Of a stretch of DNA of 18,166 bases, positions 10,209 through 18,166 are shown in pieces. Position 1 is the first letter of the stretch, and each line of letters opens with the position of its first letter. Source of the DNA: Eledone cirrhosa (taxonomy: Eukaryota); the NCBI GenBank assembly GCA_964016885.1, contig CAXHJY010001493.1, forward strand, positions 1-18,166, read 5' to 3'. Under the pieces are notes generated by a model. The model had not been told where the DNA came from and ran no database searches. It saw only the letters and a list, made by a program, of their open reading frames with translations. Position numbers and translations under genes: made by a program.

Positions 10209-10243
<35 letters not shown>

Positions 10244-10291
10244 TCGATCCTGACTCTGGAATCGGTACCTATCCTTACCACATTTCCTTCG

Positions 10292-10365
<74 letters not shown>

Positions 10366-10368
<3 letters not shown>

Positions 10369-10734
10369 GACAGCCACACGGACTGGCAACTGCTAATTTT
10401 TTGGCCGCCTTCTCGTCTTGGGCATCTCTCTCTGCTTTTCAGCCCCTTGAATTGTGTCTATTATATTCCTTTGTTAAATTTCTGAATACCTGATGATGTC
10501 ACCGGATTCATACTGAACCCGGTGATTGAAATGTTCATAGTATAATAAACCTTTAAGGAATTACACCAGTGCAGCCTCCTGTTATTTTATAATAATTAAC
10601 TCCGTACTCGCACCACCAACAACACAAACGAAGACAGGTGAGTTGCATTACGTCGAGTGCTCTCCCTAATATTACATCAAGGTTGACTATACGGAATGAC
10701 CAGTTCTATCCAGTGGTGAACCAACAAACCTAAA

Positions 10735-10738
<4 letters not shown>
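10366..10738 (+). mobile_element. Penelope-like pseudo-LTR / retrozyme-like unit between TA tracts
   Basis: Hammerhead at 10486-10543, AATAAA at 10544, donor-like CAG|GTGAGT at 10635-10643, (TA)n on both sides. Confidence 0.7.
10486..10543 (+). ncRNA. Minimal type-I hammerhead ribozyme with intact core
   Basis: Stem I AUAC/GUAU; CUGAUGA; stem II GUCACCGG-A-UUCA/UGAA-C-CCGGUGAU; GAAA; stem III AUG-UU-CAU; predicted cleavage after A10539. Confidence 0.8.
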
Positions 10739-10780
<42 letters not shown>

Positions 10781-10794
10781 CAGATACACATACA

Positions 10795-11140
10795 TACGTC
10801 GAAGAAACAACGCCACGCGTTCGGTCGGCCCCCTGTATCATGAAAAGAAAATCTTTGTCGGGGAAATTATTGAATTTTTCTGAATGTAAAGGTTTATTAG
10901 GAATTTTCAATGTTTATTTTAGGTTTTGCCGTCTGAAGAGCTATCTAAACTGATAGTCCTCAGTGAAATATGTATAACGGAGTTTTAAATAAACCTGAAC
11001 TACTTGAATATGGCCTCAGATTTGTTATTAATATATAATGCTCCGTCTTGTACCATTTATACAGGTTGTTGACCGCTTCTTTTTGTCTGCTTCACAACCG
11101 ACAGACTATAATGTGTCATCTGTTAAACCCATATTCTAAA
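10795..11140 (+). mobile_element. Penelope-like pseudo-LTR-type unit between TA tracts
   Basis: Hammerhead motif at 10929-10980, AATAAA at 10988; microsatellite flanks. Confidence 0.6.
10929..10980 (+). ncRNA. Minimal hammerhead motif with damaged stem II
   Basis: Stem I CCGU/ACGG; CUGAAGA; CUAUC/GAUAG hairpin with unpaired UCCUCAGU before GAAA; stem III AUA-UG-UAU then A. Confidence 0.65.
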
Positions 11141-11144
11141 TAAA

Positions 11145-11649
<505 letters not shown>

Positions 11650-11660
<11 letters not shown>

Positions 11661-11773
11661 GTAAACGGAATAGAAAATGCTGACAAATAGTTCACAGTTG
11701 AAAAATGGTTTAATTAGGAATTAAACTGTGAACAATTTGTCAGCATTTTCTATTCCGTTTACCAATATATATA
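11650..11773. repeat. Inverted repeat, ~50-bp arms, 24-nt spacer, embedded in (TA)n
   Basis: TTGGTAAACGGAATAGAAAATGCTGACAAATAGTTCACAGTT / AACTGTGAACAATTTGTCAGCATTTTCTATTCCGTTTACCAA with one mismatch. Confidence 0.92.
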
Positions 11774-11803
11774 AATAACTTGTGTGTTACACCTCTATTC
11801 TTT

Positions 11804-11856
<53 letters not shown>

Positions 11857-11860
<4 letters not shown>

Positions 11861-12163
11861 TTATTGAAGTGTGTCGGACGGAAAATGGCTGATGACCCGT
11901 GTAGCAGTAAATACAGACCAGCACTTAAGATGACGTGGAGTAAGAACAGCCAATGGCATGACAAGAGTGGAAGAGGTTTTTTGAGGGTATTTTTTTATGA
12001 TAACACCCCAGTGATAAAATTTGCTCCGAACGAACTCCCCGTGTCTGAAGGAACCTGCAGCCAGATCCATACAGGGACCCTGTCTCGAGCTACCTGCCGG
12101 CGAAACAATTGTAACACGCAATAAATTGAGTCCAGATGCATCACTGATTTTTCGTTTTCTTTA

Positions 12164-12166
<3 letters not shown>
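11857..12166 (+). mobile_element. Penelope-like pseudo-LTR-type unit between TA tracts
   Basis: Hammerhead-like motif at 12040-12118 followed by AATAAA at 12120; (TA)n on both sides. Confidence 0.6.
12040..12118 (+). ncRNA. Hammerhead motif with extended stem II and variant 5' core
   Basis: Stem I CGUGU/ACACG; CUGAAGGA; CCUGCAG...CUGCCGG enclosing ACAGGG/CCCUGU; CGAAA; palindromic stem III ACAAUUGU then A. Confidence 0.65.
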
Positions 12167-14013
<1,847 letters not shown>

Positions 14014-14940
14014 AAGCACTGGACAAAGGAGATACCCTTGACAAACTCCGACTGTTGGCCTGAAGAATTCTCCAATGTTGTTATTTAGGAGAACTGCACT
14101 GTTTTAGTTGTCGTACAGTGCTTTAATTAATTGAATGAGGTTGATGTCAAAGTTGTAATCCTTCATGACCTTACACAAACCCTCATGGCAAACATGGTCA
14201 AAGGCTTTTTTAAAGTCAATGAAGTTATGGTAGAGGCCAATTGGTGCTGCAAATGTTTCTCAGTGAACTATAAGTTAAGTTTAAGGCCTCTTTTAAGGCT
14301 GACCATTGGTAGTATCCTGTTGTCAGCTCGGTTGGAGCAGCGTCTCCGGTGGCTAAACAGACCTATGCGTCAGTGAACAGTTAAATATCTGCTCTGTTGG
14401 ACTTCTTTGGGGCCTGAATCCTGCCTGTTCTTCTGACAGGGTTTATGCTGCCTTTCCCTTAAGTCTGTTTAAAAGAACTCTTAGCAGCACTTTGCTGGGG
14501 TGGGGAACTAACTAGGCTGATTGTTCTGTACTTCTGGTAAAGTCTTAAGTTTCATTTTTTGGAGGAATCGGTATCATTAGTGATTGGGTCCCCTCCTTTG
14601 ACCACTTCTTTGTTTCCCATATCTTCTGACAGTTAACTGTTTTGACCCTCCATGTTTTAGGGGCTCTGATGGAATGTTATCAACTCCTGTGGATTTACTA
14701 TCTTTAAGCATGTGCCCCGCCTCTCCGACTTCCTCCTGGAGAATTGGATTATCCTCAATTTCTTTGTTCTTATTGGTGGAATTGTCCAGGATGTTGATGT
14801 CAGGTCTGAGTTTGTGGTTATAAAGCTCTTCAGCAAACTCAGACCATCTTTTGATGACATGGGCCTCGTCTGTGAGGAGCAAGCCAGTTTTGTCCTCAAT
14901 GGAGACTTGTATGTTTTGGTGCATAAAATACATTGGAATT
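14014..14940 (-). pseudogene. Decayed RTE-clade LINE reverse transcriptase fragment
   Basis: IEDKTGLLLTDEAHVIKRWSEFAEELYN, PILQEEV, KSTGVDNIPSE, FIDFKKAFDHV, LIKALYDN, FFRPTVGVCQGYLLCPVL. Confidence 0.9.
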
Positions 14941-14943
14941 CAC

Positions 14944-15360
14944 TCATCCCATCATTGGGTTCTGATTCAGATCTGGACCACGATTATGTATTTTTGAATG
15001 CCTTGTAAGTCCTGACTTATTCGAAAATTCTCTGCTAAATGTACCACATGTCAAACTGATTTCAAGGAATTGATCGTATTCGACCTGTAGTATTTCTATC
15101 TGCTTATATAGGTGACTTATAAAGCCAGCTTTTGACATGTATATTCAACCACATACATTGGATACAAACTTAGGTGCTGAGGTCTCCATGTGTTGGCCTT
15201 TCTTAGCTGCATATTTAATGCTAGCCCATTCCGAAACAGGTTCCATTAGATATAGCGGTGCGCCACTTGTTTCTATCTAATGACATGACCTCCCAGCGAG
15301 ATGTTAAGGAATTTCACACAATCTTTGAAAAGTAATTTTGGTTTGTGTTGTGGTCTAAAA
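14944..15360 (-). pseudogene. RTE-clade LINE C-terminal fragment with C2H2-like zinc finger relic
   Basis: RPQHKPKLLFKDCVK near 15320-15357 and TCGTFSREFSNKSGLTRHSKIH. Confidence 0.65.
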
Positions 15361-15385
15361 TGGCCCAAATGGATTGCTTCTCATT

Positions 15386-15770
15386 TATGCTGAACTAATG
15401 AGGAATCTGAAGATACTCCACCATAACTACACATTTAGATTTGTACCTGTGTTCATTGGGTCTCGGTACAAATCTTGAGAAGCTGGGCTTCACAGAACCA
15501 GAAAGAATACGGCTAGTTAGGAAGTTGCAAGTATAGTCCAGTAATGGAACTGTAAAAATGCGTAAAACATTTCAGAAATTCAGAATGTAATAACTGCATA
15601 TGCCCGTGTACACATATAACTCAAAACATACAGATCGACGCATGCCATAATATCCATACCTGCACACACACATACAGGCATACATACGTATTTACGTAGT
15701 TGATGTTTTATAAATTGAGTAGAGATACTTGTTGGTCACGACTGGGTATCATATAACCGGAATCGTGATG
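15386..15770 (+). mobile_element. 3' fragment of another R4-clade family; stop at 15588-15590, UTR end approximate
   Basis: YAELMRNLKILHHNYTFRFVPVFIG...NLEKLGFTEPERIRLVRKLQV*SSNGTVKMRKTFQKFRM*, homologous to the B1/B2 C-terminus. Confidence 0.75.
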
Positions 15771-16292
15771 TGTATGTGGCCAAGACACTCTCAAATAGCC
15801 TATTCCGCCTTACCGGTTACTGCTGCAGAAAGTATTACTGCATGTAACGTCCCAGATGAAGGGCTGACCAGTACAGAACGGGAGGATTGTGGTGTCATCT
15901 AGCCTTTTGCAGTTCTTTCGGTCTAACCTCACCGGTTCGAGATTCGATGGGAAGCCATGCTTAATGATCTTGTTGAGAGCGGCATGATAGGGGTGAAAGC
16001 TTCTACAGTGGATTCACAGTAGCAATGATGTAGCTCGCAGATCCGGAGGCCGAATCTCAGAGAAACACCGAAGCAAATACAGTTGCTTCAATATATATTC
16101 TAATTAGATTTTCAGTTGTTGTTTTGAATAACTATTAAATGATAAATATTATGGAAAACACAGCGTGTATTAGATTTAAGATAACTTTAATCTAGATCTA
16201 AATACAAATTATTAACTTGATAATCTCTAGTTTTTCGGTGTAAATAGTGTGTTTACACTTCATTCTTTTCGCGGTGGGAACTTCTAATTAAA

Positions 16293-16344
<52 letters not shown>

Positions 16345-16594
16345 TATCTTGGATGAAGCGAAAAGTAGGATTAAACACCTGGTATATGAAATTTAGCCAG
16401 GTTCTTACAATTCTCTACCAGAAATACGACCGAAAGCAGCTAACAATTATCTTTTATAAATCGTTCATTGTGAGCAAACGCAATGACGATGTCAAAGAGA
16501 CTGAGATTCTGTGAATATCAACTAGATAACCACTTCGGAGAACTATCAGCCTTGGGATAAGGATAACGTTGAGAAGTGACTGGCCTGTCAGTGA

Positions 16595-16740
16595 TACCAG
16601 TAATATAAAGAGGATTTACCCTTCAGTGAGCCAGTCAGGTGATGTCTCCGTTAGTATTTCATTAAACAGTGTCCTTGTTAAATATTTTAACCAGTTTTGA
16701 TGTTTACCATGTTCTGGTGCATTTAAGTGGTTCGTGCTTT
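16595..16740 (-). pseudogene. Possible small R4-clade RT N-terminal fragment
   Basis: NAPEHGKHQNWLKY...LFNEILTETSPDWLTEG resembles KAPGxDxIxNFWxK...PxWLTxG. Confidence 0.45.
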
Positions 16741-16854
16741 ATCGGGTGGGGGAGGGGTACTTGTTATACTGCTGTCGTTAAATTTTTAAAGAAATATCTA
16801 ATTTTAGTTTTTCTCGATTTATGAATTCATAATTTCTTAATTTCAGAAATTGTG

Positions 16855-17075
16855 AGAAGCAACGGTCGTCGCTCTCCAACAGGTTTGCGGTTGTACCCTT
16901 GGCAGTGGAGACTCCTGGTGTCCTCGGCCCTAGGGCTACCTCCCTAGTCACCATCATAGGCGCTTAGCTGGCCAGCCGCACGTGTGAGCCTCGCGAGCTG
17001 GAATGGCTTTTCCAGTGCGTCTCCCTTGCCGTCCTCCGAGGAAACACCTTCTCCATTCTGTCCGCCGAGGCTGTG
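16855..17075 (+). mobile_element. CRE-clade non-LTR retrotransposon C-terminal (RLE) fragment
   Basis: GC-rich island translating to FAVVPLAVETPGVLGPRA...IG A*LASRTCEPRELEWLFQCVSLAVLRGNTFSIL, matching the CRE-type PxAVETxG...QRxSLAxxRGN motif. Confidence 0.8.
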
Positions 17076-17424
17076 GGGAGGCCACCGATATGGTTGACTG
17101 ACTTGTCATTTTATCAGTCAGATACACACATATATATACTGATTAATTTTTTTTTAAATAAAGTTAGATATTTACAGACCTTAATTATTAGGAAATATGT
17201 TTTTCTTACAGAAATTAACAATTTAATTCTTAATCAATACATTTTTTTCTTCCGATTTGACAAAATTGAACATCTAAACAACCAGATATTGTTGATAAGT
17301 TGTCCCCAAATATTTTAATCTCCAAGTTACAACGGTTTTATTGATAATTGCTCACAAAATAAACCATTGATGATAATAATTCCATATCTTCAAATATTGG
17401 CTATATGCCAATAAAACAATAATT

Positions 17425-17546
17425 TAGTAGGATAAATAAGGTGTCAGACAAAAGGCCTGGTGATATTTGGCCCGGGTCTTTACGTTCCGAGTTTAAATCT
17501 CACAGAAGTGACCTTTACGGGATCGATAAAATACAGTATAATCGAA
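17425..17546 (+). mobile_element. Degenerate, internally deleted copy of the tRNA-derived SINE
   Basis: CTTTACGTTCCGAGTTTAAATCTC...GGGATCGATAAAATA similar to the copies at 17763 and 18028. Confidence 0.6.
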
Positions 17547-17609
17547 TTTGTGTAAGAAATCACAAATATTAAACTACGCTGATTTCGTTTAATTTTCTGT
17601 TAGGTCAAT

Positions 17610-17680
17610 CTTCTCCTTCTTCTTCTTCTTCTTCTTCTTCTTCTTCTTCTTTTCCTCCACCGTCATCATCATCATCGTCA
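17610..17680. repeat. (CTT)n / (CAT)n trinucleotide repeat
   Basis: Seen directly. Confidence 0.9.
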
Positions 17681-17762
17681 ACAAAGGGTCGTCTTTAGAT
17701 ACGCCTTCAGGAGAATTCTATTCGAAGCAAATGTTTTTCTAACAAGGAATTTAATTCTAACT

Positions 17763-17974
17763 GGTGGATTGGCAGTATCGGTAGAGGGTCGGGCGCCATG
17801 CTTTATAGCAAAGAGTTACGGCCCTTTATGATCTGAGTTCACATCCCGCCGAGGTTAACTTCGCCTTTCATCCTTACGGTGTCGATAAATAAAGTACCAA
17901 TCACGCACTGGGGTCGATTTAATCGACTTTCCCCTCCCCCAAAATTGCTGGCCTTGTGCCTATATAAGAAACCA
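17763..17974 (+). mobile_element. Full-length tRNA-derived SINE (Meta/MESC-core-like)
   Basis: A-box TGGCAGTATCGG (17770), B-box GAGTTCACATCCC (17835), core GCCTTTCATCCTTACGGTGTCGATAAATAAAGTACC, tail GGCCTTGTGCCTATATAAGAAACC. Confidence 0.9.
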
Positions 17975-18027
17975 ATATTTTGCTTGGTGAGAATCAAAAC
18001 AACACCTATTGAGCTATTGTGAGAATA

Positions 18028-18166
18028 ATGGATTAGCAGAAGCGTTAGAGCGTCGGATAAAATGTGTTCCTTTATGTTCTGAGTTCACATCCCGCCTAGG
18101 TCAACTTTCCCTTTCATCCTTTCGGGGTCAACAAAATAAAATGCCAGCCATGTTCTGGAGTCGATG
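18028..18166 (+). mobile_element. Another copy of the same SINE, cut by the window end
   Basis: TAGCAGAAGCGTTAG...GAGTTCACATCCCGCC...CTTTCATCCTTTCGGGGTC. Confidence 0.85.

Larger units (their letters stand above)
9738..10210. mobile_element. Penelope-like pseudo-LTR unit with inverted partial duplication, between TA tracts
   Basis: Arms 9832-10018 and 10040-10210 are reverse complements (21-nt spacer, one 17-nt versus 1-nt indel, few substitutions); each arm has a hammerhead motif followed by AATAAA. Confidence 0.7.

Noticed and set aside
17763-17850. tRNA gene
   Set aside because: A and B boxes are present but no cloverleaf; continues into a SINE core repeated several times in the window.

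Overview
AT-rich, microsatellite-dense eukaryotic DNA with no convincing host protein-coding gene. The SINE families and repeat landscape look like an octopus or other cephalopod genome (inference from recalled consensus sequences, not a database search). Almost everything is layered, decayed mobile DNA: tRNA-derived SINEs, a hAT MITE with a perfect 8-bp TSD, R4/Dong-clade (RLE) LINE remnants, RTE-clade LINE remnants and a short RTE-derived non-autonomous element, a hAT transposase remnant and a CRE-clade fragment. Two organised systems stand out. (1) At ~9740-12540, short unrelated-looking units sit between (TA)n tracts and carry six minimal type-I hammerhead ribozyme motifs, five followed by AATAAA and two in a long inverted repeat; these look like Penelope-like pseudo-LTR or retrozyme-type units targeting TA microsatellites. 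(2) At ~1610-4490, one SINE has been split by ~2.6 kb of six nested insertions from two unrelated retrotransposon clades, all in its internal (TACA)n repeat and in opposite clade-specific orientations. Most ORFs in the supplied track are translations of microsatellites.
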